From NCBI GenBank assembly GCA_048128005.1, contig JBEUKZ010000085.1, positions 124,001-188,000 on the forward strand: a stretch of 64,000 bases of DNA, in the 5' to 3' direction. Under the pieces are notes generated by a model. That model ran no database searches and was not told the DNA's origin. It worked only from the letters and a program-made list of their open reading frames with translations. Of this stretch, positions 1 through 13,398 are shown piece after piece. Both the position numbers and the translations under genes were made by a program. Each line of letters opens with the position of its first letter. Within the stretch, counting starts at the first letter, position 1. The DNA is from Veleropilina oligotropha (taxonomy: Eukaryota).

Positions 1-794
1 ATTTCGAATACTAGTTTAGAGTCATTTAAGTCTCTACTGCTGCCGGAACATATAAACTAATCAAAACAATATCTTTATTTTTTAATCTCACTGTAATTTT
101 TTTGCACAGCACTAGTTTTGTCGAATTTGTTTATGCGCACCCAACGTGGCATGCAGGATTATGGCTAATCAATGATTTCATGGTGGTGTCTACTAACTGG
201 AAAAAGAAGAAGCCCTGTTAATACTTATATGTGATTTCAACATGGGAATAAGAACTGCACAACATCGCTAATCATGTCATTTTGAGCGACGGTACTGTTG
301 CCACTATAACATTTTACCTACAGTGATGGCCACATATACACTCTCATCCAATACGACTGATTCGAGCATTTCTAAATTATTACTGTTTATAAAATGAACG
401 ACATACAGGAATCAACCTAGATGATAACTTTTCTGTGGCCGAGTGGCTAAGATCTTTGCTCCCATTAGCAAGGTGAGTTCGAGATCGATCGTCGGCCTAG
501 ATATTTCGGAGCTATCGGGGACCCACAACTGGTCGGAGTTGGTTTTACAATACATTCTGAGCAATCATCACACGATAATATGGACATGACTCGATAAGAC
601 CGTGCATTGTATTAAATGCACAGCAGACCCAAGCCAAATTATCGCAAGAGCATAGTCATCGTTTCGAATGCTGATTTGACTTCATCTACAAGTATGTGTT
701 TTATGGATAATTTTCAACTGTTCCGTGTGCACCCTGAACGTGCATGCACCATTTACAAGGTGTGTCTATGAAATCTTTCACGTTTATCAACGTG

Positions 795-1620
795 GTTTCA
801 CCGAAAATAAGTACGAGTGCTTTACCCAGTGATTGGACACAAGCATTCTCCTCTATACAAGAAAGTCAGTTGGCATCGTTGGCAAAACTATACAGACTAT
901 GATCATTAGCCAGTATCTGTTGCAAAACGCTGGAACACATCTTATGTAAACACATCTCCAAACACATAGAAAAGTACTGTATATATTAGTACAATACAAA
1001 ACACGGATTGCAACAAGCATATCCTGCGAAACCTAGGCAACAACATTACACGACAACATGCAACAATGGAAATCAAACGTCCAGCTAGACATGGCAGTTT
1101 TGGAGTTTAGTAAAGTGTTTTGCCTTGTTCACACTAGGCAAATATTCTGGTACAATACCGCAATTTATCCGGGAGGGGCGTTCCCACCAGAAACTCTATC
1201 GCTACATGATTCGGTATTTAACCGAGATGAAATCCCGCTCCAGAACAGGTATTTTTCCGCGACGATCACGGGTTCACCCACGTGACTCTATATATACATC
1301 ATTATTAAGCCGAGACGAATAACACCAGCGTGGAAGCATCTTCCAACCAATGTAACATCGAATGTAAGACTATTCACAGATGAATGCTTTCCGTATCACA
1401 CGAACAAAACGCATGAAGACCAAACAGCTTCTTCTAGATGACTTCGACTATCTTTAAAGTGACGTGACACCTGGTTGGTGTTCTACAATACAGATAGGAG
1501 CGAATACATGCGAGTTTCTAGAAGAAAACCCGTTAGCTAAATAGTATACCAATGTCAGTGACCAAATATTGCAAGAGGTCCCGCAATATCAAATATATGT
1601 ATGTGTGTCTGCCTGTCCAC
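795..1620 (+). pseudogene. Degenerate non-LTR (CR1-group) reverse transcriptase relic
   Basis: Frameshifted RT motif remnants in order: PSDW, NY..SL.S.CCKTLEHI, QHG..SCET, LD..FSK.F, LFTDEC (FADD-like, ~1370). Confidence 0.6.
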
Positions 1621-2178
1621 TGAAATCTACTTGTCGGATTTCCTTCTAATTTTAAACACAAGGCTAAGAATGTCATTAAACTTTGAAATACCAAAAATTA
1701 TTCGGATCCGGATTGTAGGACGTCATTTTCTGTTTTTGCCTTACCTGCTCTTGCTAGTTAAATATTAGTCGTGGCGATTTCTGGCTTTCACCAACGTGTT
1801 GCTTGTCATCGGGACGAAGGTTTGTATAGTTGCTTACGAAAATGATTTGTGAAGATATCTTTGAGCGATCAATGATATCACAAAATCCGATTGCAAAAAT
1901 CGATTCACTTTATCTAAAAAAAGGGTAACGTTACGGGAAAATGAGACACATTACATAAAAAGCGTTCTACTTGGTTATCATAAAACAAGAAAATCCTGCA
2001 AAATAACTGCTATCTTATCTTATCAATTGCTGAATGTGGAGATAAAAACAATACCGACGAAAGTGAACATCTATTAATAGACGATGATTCAGAATAGAAT
2101 ATACCAACACAGAACACTTAAATCATCTCGTATGTACTGGTGAACTTAAAAATGAATTATTGGAAATTAAGTAACCAT

Positions 2179-2618
2179 CAGGCGCAGATCCAGGGGGGGG
2201 GGGGCGCACCCCCGCGCCCCCCACCTAAAGTTGGCCAAGCATACTAAAATAATATGTATAATCTGATACAAATGACTTTCAGAACATTATAAATAGGCTG
2301 TTGCAATGTAATAATGCAGGATGGGGGATTTCACATCGTTAATTGTCAAAATGTTCTTGCGCGTGGGGCGCCGACCCCACGCGGACAATTCGATTATGAC
2401 AAAATCAAATACAAATTTAACTCGTGGTATTTGAGTGACGGTGGTTCATAAAAAGTTAGAATGAAATATCGCTTTTGCCCTGTCAGAGTGCCGGAGAGTG
2501 GGTTTCAGGCTGTTGATTCTCAAAATTTTCTTTCGCGTGGGGCCCCGCCCCCACGCGCGCGAACAGTTGATAGTAAATTCAGCGCCCCCTCTAAGCGAAA
2601 TTCATGGATCCGCGCCTG
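2179..2618. mobile_element. Non-autonomous DNA transposon (MITE) with CAGGCGC termini and 5-bp TSD
   Basis: TIR caggcgcagatcca / tggatccgcgcctg; ACCAT direct repeat at 2174-2178 and 2619-2623. Confidence 0.8.
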
Positions 2619-2679
2619 ACCATGGTCTGAAAGGTTCAATATTATATGACAATGAAGATGTCATTACATCTCTAGAAAA

Positions 2680-3450
2680 AGTTCACAGATGATGCCAAAT
2701 TGTACAGAATTATCGAAACTGAAGAATATGCAAAGAAGCTTCAAAGTGTCTTAACTAATCTGGTAAAGTTGTCTGGGAATTGGCAATTGCTTTTCAACAC
2801 CCGTAAATGTAATGTAATGCATTTCGGTTATAACAATAATACTATAGTAATTATATGAACGGTGTTCAGATGCTTTTGCAGTAGGGACAAAAGAAATAAA
2901 TTTGAGCGAATGAGTAGACAAGTCGTTAAAACCATCAAATCAACGTGAAGAAACAGGCAAAAAAGGAAAACAAATTTTGGAAATGATAAAGAAACTTCAG
3001 TTTTAAATCCATAACTATCATAACACGCATATACGAGCAAATGGTTAGACTGCATTAGAATATACAGTGCATGCATGAAGTCCATATCTTGCAATTGATA
3101 TCCAAGTTCAAAGAAGAGCCACAAAATTAAACATAATGGGGATAGACTAAAAGCACATAACCCACAACATTGTCTCTGAGAAGCGCAAGGGGTGCTTTGA
3201 TTCAGGCATTTAAAATATTTATAGAAAAGTACGCCATTGACAGTAATTTATTTTTTCAGTTGAACCAAGGGTTTTCCAGCTAGAGAGCATAAATACAAAC
3301 TTAACAAAAATGATTGCGACTACACGTTAGAAAACACTCTTTTTCAAATCGGGTTGTGCTTCTTAGTAATGTAGTAGAATCGACATCTGGAAACAAATTT
3401 AAAAATCGCATAGATGAGTATTTTAAGAGACATGGCAGATTTTAGACGAC
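2680..3450 (+). pseudogene. CR1-like LINE 3' relic
   Basis: FTDDAKLYRII...KLQ..L...WQLLFN..KCNVMHFG, then R.HKYKL...VRKHSFSNRVV, typical of the CR1 ORF2 C-terminus; many stops and indels. Confidence 0.7.
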
Positions 3451-6400
3451 CAGACGACGACAATGAGTTTTTATATGAATGGTAACAATTCCAAACCCAT
3501 ACAAATATATCTAAATCTATTAAAATATATTTCATTAAAGATAAGTTCCGTTTTTTCCCGAAGCATGGACATAGACAATCATTTTGCCATCAAAAACTGT
3601 AATAAATATAGGTGATCTCTTTAGTTAGCAATTTAGCATAATTGTTTACTTCAATATTCCATTAGAGAAATTAGACTTTTGCGAATGATAACTTTCAGAT
3701 GCGCAGTTTTAAACAGGCTTTTGTACAGTATAGGCATATATAGTACTTTCACTGGTTAAATTCTAAGAAACATACAGGTAAATCCCGACTATATTGTTGC
3801 TTTGTTGATTACTCAAAGGCTTTTGATAGAAATATTATGACAGACGCGTTCATAAACCGATACGAATTTATCGGAAATATGGTCTTGCAATGATCTAAAC
3901 TGCATAGGCCTAGGCCTATATAATCGGAGCAATTCTTTCGACTAGAATATCGCCGATTAAGATAGAAACGCTTACTAGTATTTGACTTCTATTATATTCG
4001 TAATTATTTAATACCGATAGACGGACTGCAATTGTTGAAACAGATCTTCCAAATATTATATATACTCTTTATATTAGTCTCGATTTTATTTACAAAAAAA
4101 AGATATATTTGAATATTTTTGTGAAGACGAATTGAGTAAATTATAAGAAAGGACGAATATAGAAGTCATCAAAACTCATATAAGGCCTACTTTTCTTGTA
4201 AACTATTCCTGTACATAGGTTGCAGACACGTGACAAAACCACGTGATCGCCAGTCGTCCGCCATCGCTCAAGGAAAGATATCTGCGTAGTCGAGCAAATG
4301 AATATCGCTCAATATGTAAATATCTCTTAGAAATCAATTAAATATGAGTGCGGTTAATTACGTGTGAAAGTGCATTCAGTTAATGTTTGAATATTCACGA
4401 AATTAAGTTGAAGATATGTCGCAACCGCAGATCTAGACAACAATTTAAAGAAAGCAAATACATATTTTTAATAAGCTGCTCTTATATACGGGCTTCAGTT
4501 AATTGGTCTCTACGTTTGATGCGTATTATTATATAAGTTATCGTATGTAAATTACTAAATGTAGTAGGCCTATTATAGTACATACTTGAAAGTCATGCAA
4601 AGCGCGCGTACGTCGCTTGTCGTTCATTAATTAATACCACTCTGCAGTGCTAATTGTTATTTTTCAATGGTTATTGTCTAGTTGGTTGTTAATCCAATTG
4701 AGAGCACAGGATGTCATTGCCAAGCTGATAAATAGGTAACATTTTGTGTGGAAAACCTATTGTTTCTTGTGAACACATCAAACAAAATATTTTGACTGAA
4801 ATAACCAGTTTGCGAAATTTTAACGTTCCGCAATAAGATATAGTTCTTGGTCTAACGTCCCTCACGGCGAAATTAAAAAACAAATTTGTAGTAGGTCTAC
4901 GTACGTTTCCAACACGATTAAGATTTTATTTTTTATTTTGCTTTTGGGCAGAAATCTGTGTTAAACGTAACGTGTCGCACATGTTTGGAAAATCTACAGA
5001 GCTCTGTATCAATGCGCGTATGATTTCGTTCCTTATCAGTACTCGCGACCATGTGCGCTCATGTGCGCCCAAGGACATATTATACGAAATAAATTTCGCA
5101 TTAAATACCGTAATACACTCGGAATGCGAAAATTGTTTTCACTTTACAATGGATAATATTTGCATGCATGATGCACAGTCAAAGGGACTATAGACCGTAG
5201 GCGCCCGCGTGTTATAAGTCAATATCTCAGATTTTGATTAGCGCTCTGATATATTGTTTCTATTCGATGGATGTACAACAATAATTGCCACCGTTGACAC
5301 TTTAATAAAGAACAAAAAAGGTATTCGATTCGAGATTCGAATGAAATTTTAGCTATGGCTAGGCTTAATTAATAGCCTAAAATTGGACCAGTTATTTAAT
5401 TTAAATGACGAAGCCTCTGCTGTTGTTGGATGAACTAAACCAAATCGAACTCAAACGACAATATATATTTAATATATTGAAAGTACCGTCACAACGCTTC
5501 CGTGAATTTCTATCTTTATCATTTATTTTCACATAATTGAATCGATTTATACTGTAATCTTATGTCCCTCGGACCCTCGTGTTATTCCTTTCCTTGAGCA
5601 ATGGCGCCGCGCACAGAATTATGGGACTGCGTGACGTCATCTGCAACCTATGTATACCCAGTCGATATAGGCCTATTTGCGCGTATTTTTGGATGGCTTC
5701 TAATTAATTTATGTTCTTTCGTTTTATTATTCCAATATGAATTTCCCATTTGTATGCCAATATATGGACTTTATATACTCGTTTTTGGTTCTGGATGAAT
5801 GAGACAAAAAATGTAAAATCTAAAGGTCTTGATTTTTTTCCTTTCGGCGCACTAGTCAATTTGACACCAAGACGGCAAAGATCTGTCTCTCGGTGATGGA
5901 GAAACCCTGGCCTAAAGATCTAAACACCAACTGCGTATTTATATATAGGCCTAAGATGCTGCCATTTGTAAAGCAATTTGTCATAATTATAATGAGTAAA
6001 CGTGGGTTTAGAGATCGTCATGCACCATGTCCGATGGAGATTAAAAACCTGGGTTAAACCATGCAGTTTAAATATCGCTTACGGATTTGAGTATTGCCAA
6101 AGTTGACGGTTTTTATATTTTCAAATTAATTATTATAAATTATATAAACTGTGAAGTACCATTTTCCATTTTTAAACCAAGCAGAATCGACCTCAAAGTT
6201 GTTGCATCTATAGGCAGATGCGATATATTATCTTTGCACCAATGTCAAATAATATTTTTTCCGCAAATGACACGCGCAATTAATAAATAATATATTCGTG
6301 CAATATGGCAAGTCATTGAAATAAAATATTTATTGCAACATTCGTCTGCATATAGGTCAATATTTAACCAAAGAGAGTCTACTTAGCACTGTTGTTGTCT

Positions 6401-7477
6401 CAGAAACAAATAAGCCTATGTTATGTTATAAATATAATAGTTTTAATTGTTCTGTCAACTTGTAATCGCAATACTGATGTGGTCTATAATTATGTATAAC
6501 ACGGTTCGTGATTGAAGGTTTTGGTGTTGTGATATGTCTAGAATAGCTAGTCTGGTGACCAGACACGGATATGATATCGGCCGACCATTCTCTGTCGACG
6601 AGTCGTCATCACTGCTTGAATCCATACCGATTGTGCCAGCGAAGCTCATGAATATGCAAATTTCAACCAATCGCACTGCTTCTCTGGGAAGCGAGACATC
6701 GAGAGAGAGACATGATTGCAGTCTTTACGGTTGCCCTTCGCCCTGTTCCGGTCCGATTTATGCTTGATATTTAGCGTACGCGACCCGTTATTGAAGTGTA
6801 GTAGAGAGCTAGGTATGTATGAGTTTAGATTACGCTTGCATCGCGGTAATTAGCCACTTAATTAACGGGAAGACGCCCAAAAGTCCGGCGGTGGGCAACT
6901 GCAAGGTTTGCAATACTCAAGATGGCTTCCTTTGTTTCTGGTCTCTGTCTTCCGCGACCGCTCCTGATAAACATCTAACCGTCAAGGCTAATCGATTGTT
7001 CTGAAATTTGCAGAAATATGAGACCGAATATTCTCTTCTGAAATATCAATAAATGTACGGAATGTTCAGCCGAAGATGCTCGCACGCCGGTAGCTTTGTT
7101 CGTTAGTCGCGTGGCACGCCTTCAATCGGTCTTTGATCGCCGGACGGTTGTACTTCATATCAGCAAGCTGTGCGTATCGCGTCTTGAGTATTCAAACATA
7201 TGAACGTTGTTATATAGAAATCATATAGATTTTACAAGAAAATAAAAAAAGAAGAGAATTACACTACAATATTTATATTTATAATAATATTAAAGTAATT
7301 TTGGCATTTAATTTTAAGGAAATAATGTAGGTAGTTATATGATAAATTGTGGATTCAATGACATCTTCATCATGTATTTTTGCTATGACTTGCACACGTT
7401 AAGTGACGCCAGTAATAGATTGTCATAATGTAAATCGCCTGTTATCGTCAATCACGAATTTAACTATGTTGAACCTG

Positions 7478-7902
7478 GGGCCCATTGCTTTCGTTGAACC
7501 ATTTGCAACTGTTTTCCGGTTTGCCAATGCAACGTCATGCTATGACGTAACGGTTACCTAGTGATTGGTAGCGTAAAATCTTTGCGCTATGTTTACAAAC
7601 AACAATGGCGTCCAATACATGTCGAGGGCATCGCTAGCTCACTACGGTTATCATTGAAAATGGAATGAACGTAGGGAAAATCTGATATCCCAAAATCCAA
7701 CACGCACTAATTCCTCACGATTTTGTATTTTCTCTTATGTTCGTTCATTTAATAAATATTTGCCTATAAGTAACGCAATTGTTTCCTTAACGACGCCATG
7801 TTATCAATCGCTTTTGACATTACGTCGTTGCTTTGTCAACCGCTGTGCCGCTACGTATTAACCGTTAGCGATTGCAAACGGTTTAATGAAAGTAACGCGC
7901 CC
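7478..7902. mobile_element. PIF/Harbinger-type MITE
   Basis: Imperfect ~30-bp TIR gggcccattgctttcgttgaaccatttgcaa / ttgcaaacggtttaatgaaagtaacgcgccc; CTG 3-bp TSD. Confidence 0.65.
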
Positions 7903-8232
7903 CTGATCAGTGATTGGATGTGGACAATACTGGATTTATATCCCGATCGGATATAGGCCTATATATCTCAACTCGGATGTGAAATATATTTCTTGACCAA
8001 AACAGTAACGGCTGCCACACACAGAATCACCCAAAGATTAGTAGTGGTGCAGACTGGCGTCGGCATTTTTGTCTGAACATTACCATGCATGCTATCACGA
8101 CATCAAATTGTTACATCTGATTGGTTCAATCATTTTGCATCTACGGCCCCTCGCATCTGCAACTATAACACAGTGCAGCGTGCAGGGATGTAATTATAGA
8201 AGACTTTGTTAATATTTCCCTACAGTTCAGTA

Positions 8233-8869
8233 CCGTATTCAACGGTTTAAGCGCAAAATTAAATTTTCTATAAATAAATCGTTCATATAAGCGGACATGT
8301 GAAGGCAGATGTAAACAAATCTCTGCTTTCCTTCTGAAGTCGATTTAGAACGGCATTTTTCAACGACAAAAACATCTGAGAGGTAAAATAAAACCAATTT
8401 ATTCTCACAAGAACTAAATAATCTACGGTAAATCATTTGTAAACAACGTTACTCAACACAAAAACAATCTTATCAGCAGTTAATACAGTCTAAAACCTAC
8501 GTGATATGGCAGCCTCCACCAAACAAAATCAATACCGGTATCAATGTCACATGATTTACTAACACTACAGAGACCGTTCATTTTCCAAAACAATATCCTA
8601 TAATAGGACTAGGTATACTGTAGGTATCCATTCAAGCATAAATGACTGGTCCCTATCCATATGACGTCACTGTAACCGCGTTCCTGTATTGGGGGAAAGC
8701 TCAGTGAATGTGCAGAAAGCATGGCGGCCGCAAAGCCAGCTGAAACCGCTGAGAATACCTTTGAATTTCACTCGGTTGTTCGTGGATTTCACATTTATGA
8801 ACATATCTGGACACAAGACAAGGCGGTGTGCGCTTAATAGGGCATGTGCGCTTAAACGGTCGAATACGG
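8233..8869. mobile_element. Tc1/mariner-pogo-type MITE
   Basis: TIR ccgtattcaacggtttaagcgca / tgcgcttaaacggtcgaatacgg; TA TSD. Confidence 0.8.
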
Positions 8870-10918
8870 TAGACCAAATCGGTAGACGAGTGGATAAGAG
8901 CATTGAGCTCGCAATTAACTTGTTTGAATGCTCTGTCCGACAATAGTGGGTTCAACCTTTCGGCTGAGTACTTTGTTCAGTGAATAGTAACAGTTGTCCA
9001 TGAGGGTGAGCTATCCCTGGCGATCAGGTTTTCTTTCCATGATTATATGGACATATCGTGACATGAACCTGAAAGTTTTTAAAACTGAACATTTAGCATT
9101 GATCTAAAACAAATCACAAACTCGATTTTTTTTTTTGACCAAAAGAAGAAAATGTCGTCGGCTAATGCAGCTGAGTCCAGATGCTTTGGCGGAGGCAGGC
9201 TACAGATCTCTATATACAGGGCGTGAAATTCGTAAAATTTTGAACTGGCCCTTGCGAAATTTTGAACTGGCCCTAGCAAAATTATAATTATATATCCGGG
9301 CATGAAAATCCAAAATTTTCTTACGGAACCATGTACAATTTTTTAGAGAGAATCTTGTATCCATAAGAATAATTTACATTAAACGTAACAAGTTAAAATT
9401 TTAAGAAAAAATATTACCTTTGACAGCTAGAGACTTATATCCTAAATTAAGTATCAATTTGCATCAGTTAAGTGGAGTTTCCTCAGATGTTAACTTCTGA
9501 TCATATTTTGCTGATATAATAATAATAATATAATAATATTGTATACCATTTTGTGCTTACTGTTTGTCATCAGATCTTTTTATTGTTTCTAATTAAAATC
9601 TGCCATACTATTTAATGGTTACAGTAGTTGAACAAGACAAATTAACGGACTACCAATAGACAAGCTATTGGTTCCACACCTGCTACCTCCAGAACTCATA
9701 TGAATCATCATCAGGTTGTTGTTTTATTGTTTCAAGATAGCATGATTAGACATGCAATTTTCTAAATCTTGTGTTTTTAATTAGGCTTGCCCAGTGATGG
9801 CTTTCTTATCAAAGATTTCTGGAAATAAGTCCTGTAATGTCTTTCTTATCAACACCCTTCTCTGATAACTGACATTCATTGAAACAATGCACCAAAATAC
9901 ATTAATTAACTTTAGTTTGGCCTGTCTCAGGACAGTCAAGTTGTGGGATGTCAATCGGCGCTAAGGGCTGACTGCACTGGAGTTGTTATCGGCGGAACAT
10001 GATCTGAATCGGCTTCCGCTGACTCACAAGAGGGAATTTCGTGCCCTGATATATATATATATTCTTTGGTGCAATGGGTGCTACATCATGATAGTGAATC
10101 TTTGTTGCCAATTTGTTTCATTCATGATATACTACAATATATGATGCAAGAGGTGCCAGGCACAATAAGCCCTGCAACTGTATTAAATTGTGTACCTGTC
10201 TGATCAATACCCTAACTTTTATCTCTGTATGACATAATCAGCTGTCTATCATCTTTTATTCAACCTTTTAGGTTGTCGGTCGATTCTGTCTGATACTAAT
10301 AACTTATAAATTCTCATTTGCTTTCCTTACGATGTAGGGAACAATTACATTCTTTGTGAAAATAAAAAAATCTGTCTGAATGTTTTTTTAAATTGAGTGT
10401 TTGGGTCATAGAAAATTTATCCACTTTGGATAATACAACTTTTGCTTCCAATATGAGTACCGGTATATACCCTCTGATAATCATAAATCTTATTTTAAAT
10501 TAGTATAAAGCGGTGTTTCCATTAATACAGATCTGATACGGATCTGATCCGTTTGAATCGAGATGGTCATAATCCTTTTGGTCGTCCGTTAATTTTCGGT
10601 CGCCACATGTCGCGATTCATCCGATAAAAATATTTTTTCCGTACGGAAATTTTAATAGTTGTAAGCATTCCAGTAGGAATTTTCTCTTTTGCGGCGCCAA
10701 AAAATCAGCAAACCTGCGACTAAAAGCACTGAGCGTTGAAATCTCTGAAACGTTGATTGCCATCACGGACTGTTGTTACCACTGTACGATCAACACTCAA
10801 TAGTATCACACCACGCCGCTCCCAGAAGAGGTCAAGGGAATCTGGGGAGATGGAAAATACCCAATGCGAATTCATAAAGAATGGCCAAACTAGACGCAAA
10901 GAGCATGACAAGCAGCTC

Positions 10919-11764
10919 CATGGTTCGCACAACCTTGAAAAGTACTTGAATTTGAAAATAACCTTGAAAAGTCCTTGAATATGACCAAACAGTCTTGAAT
11001 AGTCCTTGAATATCATCATGGTTACTATTTTAATATTTTGGCGTTCCTATATCTTAGTTATATTTATTAACTTTATGGTACTTGCGTCTGTTTTCGTTCG
11101 CGGTGAAGTCGGTCACCATTTATCTGGACAGATTTGCATTCGGACAGAATAAATAGATTCGGAAATCTTCGATTTTTGTGAATGTCAAGTTTAACACTAA
11201 CTCGTTGATTTCCGTTGAGTCTCGGAACTAGCAGATAATGGCGAAAACAGTCGGACATTGAAGACAATAAAAGTTGTCTCCCTTGACCGACAATGTGTTT
11301 ATTCGATTTTATTCGCGAAATATGAAGGAAATTTTGTCAATAACGTGTAAATAATATAATTTTAATCAACAATTTACAGCGGATATGGCAGGATATGCGT
11401 TTTTAATAGAAATTGGCTTTCGCAGGTGGAATATGCATCGTGGATACGGGAAGTAAAAACTGACAAACATAAAGCCATGTGCGCGTTGTGCAACAAAACG
11501 ATCGACATTGCTCAAATGGGCGAACGTGCACTGAAGTCGCACCTAAAATTATTATAATCATTTTTAATTCAAGTTTAACACGAAGTTGAATAATGTGCCT
11601 TTTATTCATGTACTTATAATTATCACTGTTCCAAGTTGCATATATCACATACATTATATATTGATTTGCATTGAAAAAATAGTCCATGAAAATTTTTTGT
11701 GAAGTCCTTGAATAGTCCTTGAAAAGTCCTTGAATTTCATGTGGCTATTTTTGTACGAACCATG
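10919..11764. mobile_element. MITE nested in the Harbinger relic (hAT-like, apparent 5-bp TSD)
   Basis: TIR catggttcg(c/t)aca; subterminal gtccttgaa repeats at both ends; flanks agctc / agatc. Confidence 0.75.
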
Positions 11765-11830
11765 AGATCGGTGTCCGTCCTTTCAAGGATCCCGATGATC
11801 TATTCTTTGAAAGTTGCGCAATGCGTATGA

Positions 11831-12100
11831 GGAGGAGGAGGAATGATGCTTAATGTCCTGTACATTTACAACATCGAGGTTCAAGGCAGGACATGTTCGT
11901 GTTATCGCGGGAGGAAACCCCGGTCGCCCGGGTAAACCCACCCTCTTCGGCCAGTCGTGGACAACTCAGAACTGTGATTCATAACTTGAACAAATGTCAA
12001 TGTCTCAGCCAGGTATTGAACCCACCACTGTTCGCATTAGCGGAATCAAGCCAGTGAATTTAGAGTGGACACTCTTACCCACTGCGCTGCCGAAGCGACC
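11831..12100 (-). mobile_element. tRNA-derived SINE, family 1 (V-SINE-like core), full length
   Basis: A box ggcagcgcagtgg, B box ggttcaatacc, core gggtttacccgggcgaccggggtttcctccc, (TCC)n tail; 13-bp TSD gcaatgcgtatga (11818-11830, 12101-12113). Confidence 0.85.
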
Positions 12101-12489
12101 GCAATGCGTATGAAGAAATTCACCAATTCTATGAAGTCTTATCTGCAATTGCAGACATATCAACCCTATTCTGCAATGCAGAAAACCCTGATGCGCCAGG
12201 TATCCCTATTCCATCGCTGCCACTTCACCCCCAGTACTCTTACTCTGCTCCTCGTCACTATCAAGAAACGGATGTAACTAACCAGTCCGGCGTACAGACA
12301 TCGGATATTGTCACTAAAGCATTGTATTATGCTGATGAAATGCCACAACTCTTAAGAAAATAGCACTGACAATCGCTATTGAATAATATATTATTTGTAG
12401 TAGAGGTAGTTGGTAGCATGAGTGTTCCGTCATTTATCGTACAATAAACCTTGTGCTAAAACAAATGAACACCTCGCAAAAAATCTATC

Positions 12490-12741
12490 CTACCTCAGAT
12501 ATATAGCAAGCCTTTGTCTTGAAGTGATTACTTCTCGACATCTGCTGGTCCTGAATATATATGGCCCAATGTGAAATAATAATTGAGTAAACTGTTCCCT
12601 CGTCAGTCGTATGTACTGCTGGAACTTTGCGTCGTCGTTCAGCAATTCATTTAGGAGATTGTGGTTATTGTCTTGCTGTAACCTGTTTCGAACAATATCG
12701 TGCACTGCACCACCGCCTATGTTTTCTTTTCTTTCTTTCAT
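12490..12741 (-). pseudogene. Harbinger transposase N-terminal fragment
   Basis: HNLLNELLNDDAKFQQYIRLTREQFTQLL...I....R..I..RQRLAIYLR matches the N-terminal/HTH region of Harbinger/HARBI1 transposases. Confidence 0.7.
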
Positions 12742-13193
12742 CTGTTGCTCCTAATCAAACGGTATCCCAACAGGATAACAGCCTAATGGTCTTCTTCTTG
12801 CAATAAGAATTATCGCTAGAGAAGTTGTCTTCCCATGGCTACAACGGCAAAGGTCACGCCAATTAACATAATTTTACCGCATCAGTATCGGATTCAGATC
12901 GGATTAAAGTGGACACCCAATCGGATTCGTATAAAAGGAAACATGGCTTAAGTCCTCCTTTCGATGTAGTGTCCGAACATTGTTTGTGAAAATTAAGAAA
13001 AGCTGTCTCGCGATTTTACTGAAATTATCAATTTTGGACTTAGCACAAATAACTTTTAATCATAGCATATTAATTGATATTATATGTGTTCTTGCTTGTG
13101 GAAGTGCTTCCCAAATTTCTCATGTGGTGTGTATTTAGTTTACAAGAAATGCATGTAATGATGTACGGTAGTATTATGTACCATACCATGAAG

Positions 13194-13398
13194 TATTAGT
13201 AGCAATATACTCTACGTCATTACCAATGCCATAATAGCCATATTATCGCTAAACCGGAAACTGTGAAAAAGCGTTTCACTTTCTTTTAAATTTACACGGT
13301 TACCCCCCCTGCTCACCTCTCTCGCGTTACTCACGAGATCTGCCCAAGTCTCGCGAGACCTCAGAGACCAAGACAGATCTGGTATCATTTTTAAGTCA
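13194..13398 (+). repeat. DIRS left inverted terminal repeat
   Basis: Reverse complement of 20476-20681 with few differences; the outermost ~18 bp are mismatched. Confidence 0.95.

Larger units (their letters stand above)
10509..12948. mobile_element. Decayed PIF/Harbinger transposon with nested insertions
   Basis: TIR agcggtgtttccattaatac / gtataaaaggaaacatggct with TAA TSD; contains a transposase fragment (-) and a BESS-like motif (+). Confidence 0.75.

Noticed and set aside
435..540. tRNA gene (also the SINE heads at 21921 and 24597)
   Set aside because: A/B-box-like motifs are present but there is no complete cloverleaf; these are best read as SINE heads.
4225..4275. Two CACGTG E-boxes and CCGCCAT as the zinc-finger gene promoter
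   Set aside because: The motifs are short, lie 18 kb or more from the nearest candidate exon, and nothing links them to the gene.
9217..9300. hAT-like left end cagggcgtgaaatt with gaactggccc repeats
   Set aside because: I could not find a matching right TIR, so the element cannot be delimited.
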